In this document: positions 48,420 through 57,929 of the stretch, in pieces
How the letters are laid out: the number at the start of each line of letters is the position of its first letter
How positions within the stretch are numbered: position 1 is the first letter of the stretch
From: a virus
Strand: one strand, 5' to 3'
Virus record (IMG/VR): IMGVR_UViG_3300022939_000016
Location: 14,730-78,729 of that record
Length of the DNA stretch: 64,000 nt
Made by a program: the position numbers and the translations under genes
Notes under the pieces: generated by a model
The model's input: the letters and a program-made list of their open reading frames with translations, nothing else
Database searches by the model: none
Told to the model about the DNA's origin: nothing

Positions 48420-48940
48420 ATGTTCCTCAATTTATTTATGATGCTTTGGTTTTTACTTGCTGTAACTTTTCTTCTTTGTTTAAATTCCTTTTTTTCTTCT
48501 ACAATTTCTACCTCTTTGGTTTTCTCTCTAAGCTTAATAGACTCTTCTTCCTCCTTATTGTACTTTCTAATGGCTTCTAATGCAACCTGATTATACTTCC
48601 ACCCCCTTGGTCCATATGCCTTTAATCCTATGTGGTATATGTTTGCAAAATAATCAGATTTTATCGCTTGCAAAATGATTCTTTCTGCAAACTTTTTCTT
48701 TAGGGAGTGCGCGGCTTTCATGTTTCGCATAAAAACCTCGTGATATTTATCACCCACGGTCCAAAACTTATAAGACGGCTTGTCCATCTTAAAAGCATCC
48801 GTCCACCTTATAACCAACAATTCTGCAACATAAGCTTCAAACGTGCAGTGTTCGCCAGTATGTATATGTGTGTATTTATGCTTTTCAGACCAGCGCTTTT
48901 GATATTCTTTATTAAATAGCTTTGGTTTGTTTTTTTTCAT
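48416..48940 (-). CDS. Hypothetical basic protein
   Basis: 174-aa ORF overlapping both neighbours in the operon. Confidence 0.55.
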   Translation of the reverse strand: MKKNKPKLFNKEYQKRWSEKHKYTHIHTGEHCTFEAYVAELLVIRWTDAFKMDKPSYKFWTVGDKYHEVFMRNMKAAHSLKKKFAERIILQAIKSDYFANIYHIGLKAYGPRGWKYNQVALEAIRKYNKEEEESIKLREKTKEVEIVEEKKEFKQRRKVTASKNQSIINKLRNI

Positions 48941-49370
48941 TATTAATTATAGCTTTTTCAAACGACTCAGCTATTGTGTCAACTGAGTTAAACGCAAGTG
49001 TTAGTTCAGGCACAATCCATGTAGATTTTTCAATTTTATCATCAATTACTTTACCAACGGTATAACAATGCTTTGGTTTTAATCCAAAGTCTGCTTTGAT
49101 TGATCTAACTAAATATATACCACTCCAATCAGAAGTATTTTCAGTAACCCTATTGGTTCTGTATTGCAAGCCAACCTCTTTTATTGTTAAAGTGTTTTTC
49201 TTGCAATACTCATCAACGGTTAGCCAGTCTTCGTATTCGTCTAAGAATACCGTTGAGTCATTAGAAAATTTTATATAGATCCATATAATTTTTCTGTTTG
49301 AATGTTTTTGATAAGCTTTTTTCCAACCTTCTTCTTCAAATATGTATGTCATTTTATTTTCGTCGTGCAA
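48912..49370 (-). CDS. Hypothetical protein
   Basis: 152-aa ORF in the operon. Confidence 0.55.
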   Translation of the reverse strand: MHDENKMTYIFEEEGWKKAYQKHSNRKIIWIYIKFSNDSTVFLDEYEDWLTVDEYCKKNTLTIKEVGLQYRTNRVTENTSDWSGIYLVRSIKADFGLKPKHCYTVGKVIDDKIEKSTWIVPELTLAFNSVDTIAESFEKAIINNEKKQTKAI

Positions 49371-49639
49371 GACCTATCTAAATTATTTACTGCTTTTCTT
49401 GTTTGTTCAGACATAGAAGACGCATTCTCTGTCATGGCCACAGTTCCACTAGATCTAGCAAACTGTTCCGAAACACGAGCAGTCTTTGGCTGTGGTTCAA
49501 TTTTATGTTTTTTCATAAACTTTTCAACCGAAGATATGCTTCTGTCTAAATCTATTGCAATTTCTTGAATAGTTTTTTCGTTAATTTTACTCTCAATATA
49601 AAATTTTTCTACTTTTCCTATTGGTCCTTTTTTAGCCAT
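49349..49639 (-). CDS. Small helix-turn-helix protein
   Basis: Likely start MAKKGP at 49639; TIQEIAIDLDRSISSVEKF HTH. Confidence 0.6.
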   Translation of the reverse strand: MAKKGPIGKVEKFYIESKINEKTIQEIAIDLDRSISSVEKFMKKHKIEPQPKTARVSEQFARSSGTVAMTENASSMSEQTRKAVNNLDRSCTTKIK

Positions 49640-49907
49640 TGTTAAATAACCTCTGGGCGTGTGTGAAAAAAAGCTTGTTGTTTGTTTGCAAGTACTTAAC
49701 ATAAGAGCCAAACACTTTTGTATCAACTTGTCTTAATTTTGTATCTAAATTATTTTCTCTATTAGAATCTGCTCCGAGCGGATCATATAGTAAATTATTG
49801 TATGTCAAAACTTTTGCCACAATTTGTTGAGATCCATTATTTAGATAAGCAAAAACTTTGTCTTCGCCTTTGGCTGGCTGTCCCTTTTTGTTGAAATTTT
49901 GTTCCAT
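49632..49907 (-). CDS. Hypothetical protein
   Basis: 91 aa, coupled to both neighbours. Confidence 0.55.
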   Translation of the reverse strand: MEQNFNKKGQPAKGEDKVFAYLNNGSQQIVAKVLTYNNLLYDPLGADSNRENNLDTKLRQVDTKVFGSYVKYLQTNNKLFFTHAQRLFNNG

Positions 49908-50242
49908 TATTTTTTTTCTCCCGTCATAATGTAATGATACTGATGATCTTTATTCATCCTGTTTATCATCTTTCTTTTTTCTCTTTTTTCTCTAGCCGCT
50001 TGATCTTCTTTAGCCATCGCGTTCGATCTTTCGTAATGCCCCTTATTTCTCCAGTTTTTATCTGCCTGTTGCCCTATTGTAGTTGGTTCTTGGTACACAT
50101 GTCCATATATTCCACCAGTGACTATTCTTTCTAAAGATTGTTTTTTGCATTTTGGACACTCTGTAAGAGCGTCATCTTTAATGGACTGGTATACATCCTC
50201 CATAAAATGTTTACATTTAGAACATTCGTAATCGTATAACAT
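49907..50242 (-). CDS. FmdB-family zinc-ribbon protein
   Basis: YDYECSKC...Q...LTECPKC...LERIV. Confidence 0.8.
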   Translation of the reverse strand: MLYDYECSKCKHFMEDVYQSIKDDALTECPKCKKQSLERIVTGGIYGHVYQEPTTIGQQADKNWRNKGHYERSNAMAKEDQAAREKREKRKMINRMNKDHQYHYIMTGEKK

Positions 50243-50922
50243 TATGACTCCAATGCATAAAGTATGGATCCAATAATACCGTTTCTCTGTATATCATGAT
50301 ACTCCAGTTTGCAGATCCCAACACCCGGAACATCAGATAATCTTTCCAAGCAAAAGTCCAATCCACTATATTTGTAGATATCTGTTTGCTTATTATCACC
50401 ATTAATAATAACTTTAGAATTATTTCCCATTCTTGTTATGAACATTTTTATTTGTTCGTTTGTGCAGTTCTGAGCTTCATCTAAAATCATAAATGAATCA
50501 TGAAATGTAGAACCACGCATGGTTTCTAGTGGCTCAAATCTAATTCTACGTTGATTATAATAATATCCAAACTTATCTCTACCAAGGAAATACTTTAAAT
50601 TCTCTTCCATTGGCTGTAGGTATGGTTTAATCTTTTCGTTCAATTCTCCCGGTAAAGAACCAATGTCTCTACCAGTACAAACTAAAGGACGAGTAACTAT
50701 AACTGTTTCAATCTCATCTTTTAATAACTTCTGAGCTGCTAGCCCAGCGGGAATAAAAGATTTACCGCTACCAGAAGGTCCAGTGCAGAATACTACATCG
50801 TTTTCTACAATTGACCTGATATATGTCTTTTGATTTTCAGTTTTGGCCTCCAAATGGTTTTGCTTAGGTTTCTTTTTCTCTTGACGCTTTTTTCTATTGT
50901 TGTTATTTGCCTGTGCTACCAA
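50242..50922 (-). CDS. phoH: PhoH-family ATPase
   Basis: GPSGSGKS, IGSLPG, MRGSTF, ILDEAQN, TRMG, GDNKQTD, DIQR. Confidence 0.92.
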   Translation of the reverse strand: MVAQANNNNRKKRQEKKKPKQNHLEAKTENQKTYIRSIVENDVVFCTGPSGSGKSFIPAGLAAQKLLKDEIETVIVTRPLVCTGRDIGSLPGELNEKIKPYLQPMEENLKYFLGRDKFGYYYNQRRIRFEPLETMRGSTFHDSFMILDEAQNCTNEQIKMFITRMGNNSKVIINGDNKQTDIYKYSGLDFCLERLSDVPGVGICKLEYHDIQRNGIIGSILYALES

Positions 50923-51331
50923 AGCCGTTACTCCCTCGTTGTGAGGAACCTAGTTTTTCTCTTAACTGTAAAGATATGACAGGAACCTCTTGGAATATCA
51001 TCTGTGCGATTCTATCCCCACGTTTGATTTCTACATCTTCATCAGAAGTATTGTAAAGACAAACCATGATCTCTCCTCTGTAGCCAGCATCTATAACGCC
51101 AGCTAATACATCTATACCTTTCTTTACCGACAGTCCAGATCTTGGCCAAATTAATCCAGCCAAGTTATTTGTCATGTCTAGACTGATGCCAGTCTTAATT
51201 GTTGTTCGTTTATTTGCAAATATAAATTTGTCTTCATCTGCATACAAGTCAAATCCAGCATCTGTTCTATTAGATTTAGTTGGAACGTGAGCAGTTTCTG
51301 TTAAATATTTAAATCCTACAAAGTTCATCAT
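50903..51331 (-). CDS. dut: Trimeric dUTPase
   Basis: AGFDL, PRSGL, GVIDAGYRGE, RIAQ, RGSNGFGSTG. Confidence 0.95.
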   Translation of the reverse strand: MMNFVGFKYLTETAHVPTKSNRTDAGFDLYADEDKFIFANKRTTIKTGISLDMTNNLAGLIWPRSGLSVKKGIDVLAGVIDAGYRGEIMVCLYNTSDEDVEIKRGDRIAQMIFQEVPVISLQLREKLGSSQRGSNGFGSTGK

Positions 51332-51358
51332 GTATTCTCTCCTTTTATTAATTCCTTA

Positions 51359-53557
51359 TTAGCGAATTTCGCAAGATCCTCCAGAACAGGCCCACTCTTG
51401 CTCTGCTTTTACATTGTTTTCCTCTTCGATAACTTGCGTATAGTCTACTTCTTTATATTCACGATTCATGTCTAACCAATTTTTCCAATTGTAGACATCC
51501 TTCATGCAGTAGGTTAAAAGTTTGAGGTCTCCATTCATGTATCTATCAGCAAATCTTTGACATCTATCTCTATATTCTTTTTTCTCTGAGCCTTTAATCT
51601 TTTGACCAACACCTAATAGACTATCACAAGCCGCCCATAAATTATCTTCGTAAAGAGATAGGCCAACTTCAATTAAACCGCTCACAAACATGGCTGCGTC
51701 TCCATAGTGTTGTATCTGCTCACTAGGTAAATACACAGTTGTGAATGGAGCTTGTGCATAATCTTTATCTCCAGCGATTGGAAGTAGTGAAACGCCGCAG
51801 AAATACTGACGATTATCGTAAATAAAATCTGTAACAGCATCCCACTCTTCCGGCTTAACATTAATAGTATTAGAAACATTATGTGTCAGCCACTTTTGCG
51901 TACACTGTTCTGGGTTTGTTCCGCTCATAACCCAGCTTTGCTGTGTGCTTTTTACGTATTCTAGAAGATCTATTGCTCCAAGTTGATTTTTAATCTTAGA
52001 ACCGTCTGGAACTTCTACGCAAAATGCTACAACGTCATCCGAGTCATTATTAGACCATACGGACTCCTCACAGGCTCTAGGATTGATAGTTTTAAAATAC
52101 TGGTATATCGGTTCCATTTTATTTGCTTGGACTCTACGGATGTATCTCTTGGCGTGGTGAGGGTGAATCCCAGAAGATGTTCCAAGAATACAACTAGATG
52201 TACCCTCTGGCTTAACACAAGTGGTACGTGCCGCTTTGTTAATGCCGATAAGCTTGGCTATTCTTTCGTTGGTTTTCTTTACTATTTCTGCACCCTTCTT
52301 TTGAACTTTCGGGTCTAGGCAGATTTCATGCTGTTCCATAATCCCTGTCATTGACACGCCAAGCAGTGCTTCACGGCTAATAATATTTTCTGAAGCCTTG
52401 CCAAGATATGGGAATTCAGCAAATCCAGCCTGAAGCGTTCCGATAATAGCGGCAGATTCACACGCAGCATAAAAATCTTCTACAGTTTTCACCTTAGCGC
52501 AATTAATTGTAGATAGATTGCAGGCTTGCCATCCGCTTTCTCCAGTGGTTTCATCTACAGGCCACATGCCAATTTCCACGCAAGGGTTTACAATCAATTC
52601 TGTAGAGTCAGACCATACGAATCCGGGTTCGCCAAACTCTTTTACAGACTGCATTAATTCATTGAATTGTTTCTTTGATGTTTTATTTCGTAATAATAGT
52701 GCCGAGTTATTTGATCGTCCTCTTTGTGGATTGTCAATGAACCATGAGCCAGTTTTAGCTTTTGCCATTTCTTCGTCATCGGCAGAAAATAAACAAATTG
52801 TAGCACTACGCCTAACGCCACCGCTAATTACAGCGTCAGCACCAAACATGACAATATCATACGCTTCAATTGGTTTAATTTTATCGCGGCCATCTTTAAT
52901 AATATTGTCGAGGACTTTCTTAATGCTTGTCAGAGCTTTCTTAAGGGGTTCTGGCCCGGGAGCTTTACCGCCGCTTGATTTTAGATATGCTCCAGCCGGT
53001 CTAATTTTCGTGTAATCAAACGATACATTCTTTCCGTTGTACTCAGGAAAGAGGTTGCACTTCTTAAAATAACTAGACACCAATACCCCAACCGCATCCG
53101 ACCAACCCTCAATAGAATCTTCAATGATAAATTTCTTTTGCCCTTCTTTTGATTTAACTATCTTTGGTAGCTTGTCTATATGATGCTTCTGAACAGAAAA
53201 TCCAGTACCACATCCACACAATAATAAATACATGCACTCTTGGAAGAAGCGCACCCTGTCTGTATAAGACGCGATGCAATTATAGATTCTCGCGTTGTGC
53301 TTGAAAACTGGTGAGCCGCCAAACTGTAAAGCCCTTTGAGAACCAAGAATCTTTTTCTTTCTCATATCCTCATATGCTTGAGATATTGCGTCCTTAACGT
53401 CTAGAAAATTGTCGTGGTGAGGGTCTACATATTTGTCAAGCATCATTTGCTTAACTCTATCAACTGATTCGCTCCACGTTTCTCTTCTCTTCTTTTCTGG
53501 ACACCATCTTGCATATTTAGATACGAACGTATAGTTCATCAATGACTTTATTGACAT
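51359..53557 (-). CDS. nrdJ: Class II (adenosylcobalamin-dependent, monomeric RTPR-type) ribonucleotide reductase
   Basis: RRETW, YNC, GCGTGFS, GGKAPGPEPL, GGVRRSA, NPCVEI, CNL, TTCVKPEGT, C-terminal CSGGSC; no small-subunit gene adjacent. Confidence 0.88.
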   Translation of the reverse strand: MSIKSLMNYTFVSKYARWCPEKKRRETWSESVDRVKQMMLDKYVDPHHDNFLDVKDAISQAYEDMRKKKILGSQRALQFGGSPVFKHNARIYNCIASYTDRVRFFQECMYLLLCGCGTGFSVQKHHIDKLPKIVKSKEGQKKFIIEDSIEGWSDAVGVLVSSYFKKCNLFPEYNGKNVSFDYTKIRPAGAYLKSSGGKAPGPEPLKKALTSIKKVLDNIIKDGRDKIKPIEAYDIVMFGADAVISGGVRRSATICLFSADDEEMAKAKTGSWFIDNPQRGRSNNSALLLRNKTSKKQFNELMQSVKEFGEPGFVWSDSTELIVNPCVEIGMWPVDETTGESGWQACNLSTINCAKVKTVEDFYAACESAAIIGTLQAGFAEFPYLGKASENIISREALLGVSMTGIMEQHEICLDPKVQKKGAEIVKKTNERIAKLIGINKAARTTCVKPEGTSSCILGTSSGIHPHHAKRYIRRVQANKMEPIYQYFKTINPRACEESVWSNNDSDDVVAFCVEVPDGSKIKNQLGAIDLLEYVKSTQQSWVMSGTNPEQCTQKWLTHNVSNTINVKPEEWDAVTDFIYDNRQYFCGVSLLPIAGDKDYAQAPFTTVYLPSEQIQHYGDAAMFVSGLIEVGLSLYEDNLWAACDSLLGVGQKIKGSEKKEYRDRCQRFADRYMNGDLKLLTYCMKDVYNWKNWLDMNREYKEVDYTQVIEEENNVKAEQEWACSGGSCEIR

Positions 53558-53589
53558 CGATCACCATCTTTCCTGTTAGTGGTAATTAT

Positions 53590-54219
53590 TTAGAAATATT
53601 TTTCAAGCAATCTCACAATAATGAATCTAGCAACTGCTGGTATTATAATGAATACCAAGAGATATGTCAATATTACGGACCCATATTTTTTCTCATTAGC
53701 GTTTTTTCTGACGTTCTCTACTACAAAATCATAGCATTGACGTTTTAGTTCTTTCTTTTTTGCTGGTCCAGCCTTGCAAAATCCACCAGACTGACTAACT
53801 ATTGTAGCCCACTCTGTGGCATATTGCAAGCAGTCTTTAGCAATTTTTCTTCTCGTGTCATCAGAATATTTTTCTTCAATTTCTTTTTCTATTTCACATT
53901 CTCCAGCATAAGTAAGGTGATCAAGAAAATTCAATACGCTGGATTTATCGTAGCCAAAACTAATGTCTGGGAAATTCTTAAGCCTAACAGTTCCACCATC
54001 CTTCCTGAAAACTAATTGCTCAATATATGCGTACAGAGTTATTAAGCGGGTAATTTCTGCCCTTGGATAGTTAGTTCCAAAACTTATAGTTGTTGTGTCG
54101 CCTTCACTGTGGACGTTTGCAATAAGTGGGCTTTCTGATTTAATCTTAAATCCATTTACGCTAAACCCTTTATCGCTAAAAATTTTAAATAGAATTTCAC
54201 TTATTTCTTTTGGTGACAT
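53590..54219 (-). CDS. Hypothetical protein with C-terminal transmembrane anchor
   Basis: Ends YGSVILTYLLVFIIIPAVARFIIVRLLEKYF. Confidence 0.55.
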   Translation of the reverse strand: MSPKEISEILFKIFSDKGFSVNGFKIKSESPLIANVHSEGDTTTISFGTNYPRAEITRLITLYAYIEQLVFRKDGGTVRLKNFPDISFGYDKSSVLNFLDHLTYAGECEIEKEIEEKYSDDTRRKIAKDCLQYATEWATIVSQSGGFCKAGPAKKKELKRQCYDFVVENVRKNANEKKYGSVILTYLLVFIIIPAVARFIIVRLLEKYF

Positions 54220-54220
54220 T

Positions 54221-54688
54221 TTAGTTCTCCTGCAATAAAGCCCAAGCTACACCAGAAAAGTATTGAGAAAGCATTTCTTTTTCTTCTTGACTCAACGAAT
54301 GGTTTTCGTCAGTTAAAATTTCTTCCATCAGCTTTACGATATTTTCTGAAAGACCTTCGTATTTTCCTACTAAAGTTTTATCGAAAATAATTTTTCCAGC
54401 TAGAGCATATACATCATTAACCTGCTGAGAAGTGGTTTCATAACCAACTATTCTTTGAGAAAACTCATAATTAAATACTGCTATTTTTTCTCTATCTTCT
54501 TTGTTGGTAATTAATTCTGAAAAAATCGCAACCCTATCTCTAATTTCTTCCGTGGGTGTGCTTATATCTAATATTTTAGTTTCCGGCTTAACAATAACCG
54601 GAATAACAATATTATCAATTTGATCAAGCAATCCATTGCCAAACACTGAATAAAATAAAAGTAATAAAGCTAGTATTTTTTTGTTCAT
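54221..54688 (-). CDS. Hypothetical exported/signal-anchored protein
   Basis: MNKKILALLLLFYSVFG signal-like N-terminus; GGAGGAG SD. Confidence 0.55.
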   Translation of the reverse strand: MNKKILALLLLFYSVFGNGLLDQIDNIVIPVIVKPETKILDISTPTEEIRDRVAIFSELITNKEDREKIAVFNYEFSQRIVGYETTSQQVNDVYALAGKIIFDKTLVGKYEGLSENIVKLMEEILTDENHSLSQEEKEMLSQYFSGVAWALLQEN

Positions 54689-54689
54689 G

Positions 54690-54956
54690 CTACTCCTCCG
54701 TGTTTAGGAGAGGAAATACCTCGTCAATTTTATGAATCGCTTCTGTTAATTTTAGTGTTTCGCATTGATTTTTAAGAGTGTGCCAAGATTCTACAACTTG
54801 AATAAAAGAAATTTCTTTCTTTTTTCCCCACGAAGGCATTCTTATGTCTCCAATCTTTCCTAATTTATGTGTCAACCATGAAAAATCCCAACTCGTGGCT
54901 AGGATGCCAGCAGCTAAGATGATTGCCACCATCCTAAAAAGGCTTTCGTTGTCCAT
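54690..54956 (-). CDS. Small membrane protein
   Basis: N-terminal hydrophobic helix MVAIILAAGILATSW. Confidence 0.55.
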   Translation of the reverse strand: MDNESLFRMVAIILAAGILATSWDFSWLTHKLGKIGDIRMPSWGKKKEISFIQVVESWHTLKNQCETLKLTEAIHKIDEVFPLLNTEE

Positions 54957-54958
54957 GT

Positions 54959-55321
54959 TTACTCCAGTACGGTTAGTGGTTTGATGATAATATCTTTTCC
55001 AAATTTGCTGCCGTGATAAGGGCAGACGGTTTTATGCCCATCTCCTTGAATGATTACTCCACTTCCCTTGCAGATGCATTTTTTTGGATCTTCGTGGGGG
55101 CCAACTATGTCTGGAGTTGGCTTGATATTGTAAATTTTGATTTCCGCTTCACCGAAAGCTATTGAAACTTTTTCTTTAAATTCTGACAATAAAACTTCAC
55201 CGCTAAAGCCAAAGCTGTTGACATTTCCCCCATCTATACGATCTTCTGCTATGTTGACGAAGTGTAGGGTTAAAGTAATAGATATTAAGCTAACAAAGAC
55301 AAGTTCCAAAAATCTTTTCAT
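54959..55321 (-). CDS. Membrane-anchored protein with a Cys/His zinc-knuckle-like motif
   Basis: N-terminal TM segment; CICKGSGVIIQGDGHKTVCPYH. Confidence 0.55.
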   Translation of the reverse strand: MKRFLELVFVSLISITLTLHFVNIAEDRIDGGNVNSFGFSGEVLLSEFKEKVSIAFGEAEIKIYNIKPTPDIVGPHEDPKKCICKGSGVIIQGDGHKTVCPYHGSKFGKDIIIKPLTVLE

Positions 55322-55539
55322 GGAGTTCCTCCATCTACTGCGTTGTAGTAAGCAACGTCATCAAACCTTGACGTTAACAGCGTTTCTAATTCTGCGTAAG
55401 TCATGCTTGTTTCATACGTTGCGTCTATAGTATGAAAAGATCCAGTGGGTGTGCATGTTACAACACATGTTGCGTTTTTAGCGACTTCTAGAGACGTGTT
55501 GGGATTAGTAACTACATCTGTTGTGGATACAATAGCCAT
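55318..55539 (-). CDS. Small Thr-rich virion-associated protein
   Basis: 73 aa, AGGAG SD, ends DGGTP. Confidence 0.55.
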   Translation of the reverse strand: MAIVSTTDVVTNPNTSLEVAKNATCVVTCTPTGSFHTIDATYETSMTYAELETLLTSRFDDVAYYNAVDGGTP

Positions 55540-55553
55540 TTATTTACTCCTAG

Positions 55554-55679
55554 TTATGGTGCTGACGTTGTGGTGGTATAAACGCTTACAATGGTTTCGC
55601 CAATAGCAACTGTCTGCATTTGTGCTTCACCCTTGTAAATTTTTGTGATAGGTGTTTCTCCTAAGTAAATTGGCGGCAT
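55554..55679 (-). CDS. 41-aa fibre-tip/adaptor microprotein with TTTTSAP tail (not in ORF track)
   Basis: MPPIYLGETPITKIYKGEAQMQTVAIGETIVSVYTTTTSAP*; GGGAG SD; fills the gap between two genes. Confidence 0.7.
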   Translation of the reverse strand: MPPIYLGETPITKIYKGEAQMQTVAIGETIVSVYTTTTSAP

Positions 55680-55689
55680 GGTAAGCTCC

Positions 55690-56283
55690 CTATGGTCCAG
55701 TTATTATGTACATGGTGTTGGCATCATAGATTGAAAGATTGTTGTACTCTGTCTGTGTTAAGTTTATCACTCTGGTTGCTTGCCCACTGCCGGTAATGAG
55801 CCAACGATTAATGCTTTTGTCATAAATAAATCTAACGCTATCGCCATTGTACACAAACAATCTTGACCCACTTGGATAGTACAATCGGTTATTAGCATCA
55901 GAACTTAAGCTTTGGTGATCTAGATACATATTGTATGGTCCGTCGTTAACTAGAATAAACTCTGATCTGGCGTAACTAGTGTTTATGCCAGTAATAAAAA
56001 CTGGACCAGTATTTGTGACTCTAATCGTGTCTGTGTTTACGCTTGGCAAGTAATTGTTATAAGTTCCACCAGCAATTTCTAGAGTGTCGGCTTCTACGGT
56101 TTGAACGCTGCCGCTAGACATACCATCTAGATCTGCCCAAGCGTCAACCCCGTTTCCAATTTTTAAAATATCGTTAGTTGTATCGTATCCCGGCTCACCT
56201 TTGCCCAATACGGGATTGGAAGCAGACCAACTGTTGGCTGTTCCTCTTCGAAATTGTATTCTTGTGTCTGTGTAGTCTGCCAT
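55690..56283 (-). CDS. Tail fibre protein, Mtd_N (major tropism determinant N-terminal)-like, paralogue 3
   Basis: RIQFRRGT...NPVLGKGEPGYDT...LKIGNG..AWADL; C-terminal LTQTEYNNL...NTMYII. Confidence 0.75.
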   Translation of the reverse strand: MADYTDTRIQFRRGTANSWSASNPVLGKGEPGYDTTNDILKIGNGVDAWADLDGMSSGSVQTVEADTLEIAGGTYNNYLPSVNTDTIRVTNTGPVFITGINTSYARSEFILVNDGPYNMYLDHQSLSSDANNRLYYPSGSRLFVYNGDSVRFIYDKSINRWLITGSGQATRVINLTQTEYNNLSIYDANTMYIITGP

Positions 56284-56293
56284 TTATGCACCC

Positions 56294-57313
56294 TTACGTT
56301 GTTTTGTAAGCTCTCCATCTGCTTACGGTATTGTCATATACTAACTTAAATCCAGCATGAGGCTCAATGGTTACGTTAGATCCCGTTGTAGTTAAAATGC
56401 TATTTTCGCTTCCTCCAACATCGTTGGTTAAAGTTATATCATTAGCTCCCACGTTATAAATTTCTATTTTACCGTTTCCGTATGTTGCGTCTACGCTGTT
56501 TAATGTTAGAGCCGCCGTCGTTGTTAAGGATATAAAGTCGGCAACAACGTTGGGGGTCCAGTTGCTATAGCTGCCAGACCCAACAGCAATTAAAGTTGAA
56601 GAAAATCTTTGACTTACAAAGCTTAATTGGCCAGCACCATCCGTTTGCAGCAATTGATTAGCAGATCCGTCCGAAGTAGGTAAGGAGTAATCGCCAATCG
56701 TAATCCGCTCACATGTCACATGGTTGGGAACATCATTTGTCCTCATAATACTAGATACAATAATAGAGCCAGAGTTGCCTCCGCTAACCTTACCAACCTT
56801 GCCGACATTTTGCACTAGACTTGATGTTCCAGACGGCCTTGTTGTTGTAAGACCACCCCCACTTTTTACATATAGAACAGACCCAACAGATGGAGTTATT
56901 CCGTCTATGGGATCTGTTGCTATGTGGTTTAATCCACCACCAACAACAACATACCCTTGAGCGTTAATGTCTAAGTCTGTTTTTAGAAGACCAACAGATG
57001 GCATTGTCGTTGGATCAGAAGCATCAGCCGCTGATATCTCTAATGTTTCTGTAGCGCCGACTGTTCCTGTGATATATACTGGAGTACCTTTTTCCAATAG
57101 TCCACCAGATGTGTTTTTTACATGAATCTGAACGTGGTCTGCATATGTAGAACTCAGATTTCTTAGTTCTGTAAATGGTGTTTGACCATCACCAATGACA
57201 AACCTTGTATCATCTATGGCATAGCATGGCTCTCCGCTAGCCAAAATCATATTGGTAGCTTCAAAGTCAGATAGATTTCCCCTGCGCATTTGAAAAACAG
57301 AATGTTGTCTCAT
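56294..57313 (-). CDS. Tail fibre protein, Mtd_N-like, paralogue 2 with extra central domain
   Basis: FQMRRG...ILASGEPCYA...IGDG; VKNTSGG..KGTPVYITG insert; LPTSDGSANQLLQTDGAGQLSF fibre repeat; shared C-terminal domain. Confidence 0.72.
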   Translation of the reverse strand: MRQHSVFQMRRGNLSDFEATNMILASGEPCYAIDDTRFVIGDGQTPFTELRNLSSTYADHVQIHVKNTSGGLLEKGTPVYITGTVGATETLEISAADASDPTTMPSVGLLKTDLDINAQGYVVVGGGLNHIATDPIDGITPSVGSVLYVKSGGGLTTTRPSGTSSLVQNVGKVGKVSGGNSGSIIVSSIMRTNDVPNHVTCERITIGDYSLPTSDGSANQLLQTDGAGQLSFVSQRFSSTLIAVGSGSYSNWTPNVVADFISLTTTAALTLNSVDATYGNGKIEIYNVGANDITLTNDVGGSENSILTTTGSNVTIEPHAGFKLVYDNTVSRWRAYKTT

Positions 57314-57314
57314 T

Positions 57315-57905
57315 TTATGTTACGATATATAATGTATTTGGGTCATATGTAGAAAGTGCGTCGTATTCAACTTGTGTTAATGATAATATTTTTGTCGCTT
57401 GACCAACGCCATACACAAGCCATCTTGAGTATACGTTATCATAAGTTAGAGTAGCACTATCGCCGTTATTTAATACTATATCTCCTTGTGGCATGTTATA
57501 GAATCTATTTTCTGCTGTTGCTGTAGCACTGTCTTGCTTAAGAGTCATGGTGAATGTGCCAAAGTTATTAATGGTAATTTGTTTCTTTGAAACGTGTGAC
57601 TGATCTAGCCCATGAATAATAACGTCGGCGGTGGTTGTTACTCGTAAAACATCTGCAACTTCGCTTGGCTGCCAATTAGCATATGGACCAGCTCCCAAGC
57701 TAAAGTGATTTGCAGTTTGCTCAACAGAAGAGCCTCCAGTCCCAATGGGAGATAACTCAGACCAAGTTTTTGTTCCATCTCCAATTTTAAGCGTATTCGT
57801 GTCGGTGGCTATTGCTGGCTCACCTCTAGCTAAAACCGGATCGTGGGTGTTGAACTGAGTAGAAGTTCCTTTTCTTATTTGTATTCTTGTATAATCTTCA
57901 GACAT
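57315..57905 (-). CDS. Tail fibre protein, Mtd_N-like, paralogue 1
   Basis: RIQIRKGT...PVLARGEPA...LKIGDG..TWSEL; C-terminal LTQVEYDAL...NTLYIV. Confidence 0.75.
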   Translation of the reverse strand: MSEDYTRIQIRKGTSTQFNTHDPVLARGEPAIATDTNTLKIGDGTKTWSELSPIGTGGSSVEQTANHFSLGAGPYANWQPSEVADVLRVTTTADVIIHGLDQSHVSKKQITINNFGTFTMTLKQDSATATAENRFYNMPQGDIVLNNGDSATLTYDNVYSRWLVYGVGQATKILSLTQVEYDALSTYDPNTLYIVT

Positions 57906-57929
57906 GTTTAGCTCCTAGTTTTGATACAT

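Noticed and set aside
55690-57905. Diversity-generating retroelement suggested by the Mtd_N domains
   Set aside because: No reverse transcriptase, Avd gene, C-type lectin tip or adenine-mismatched template/variable repeat pair seen in the window.
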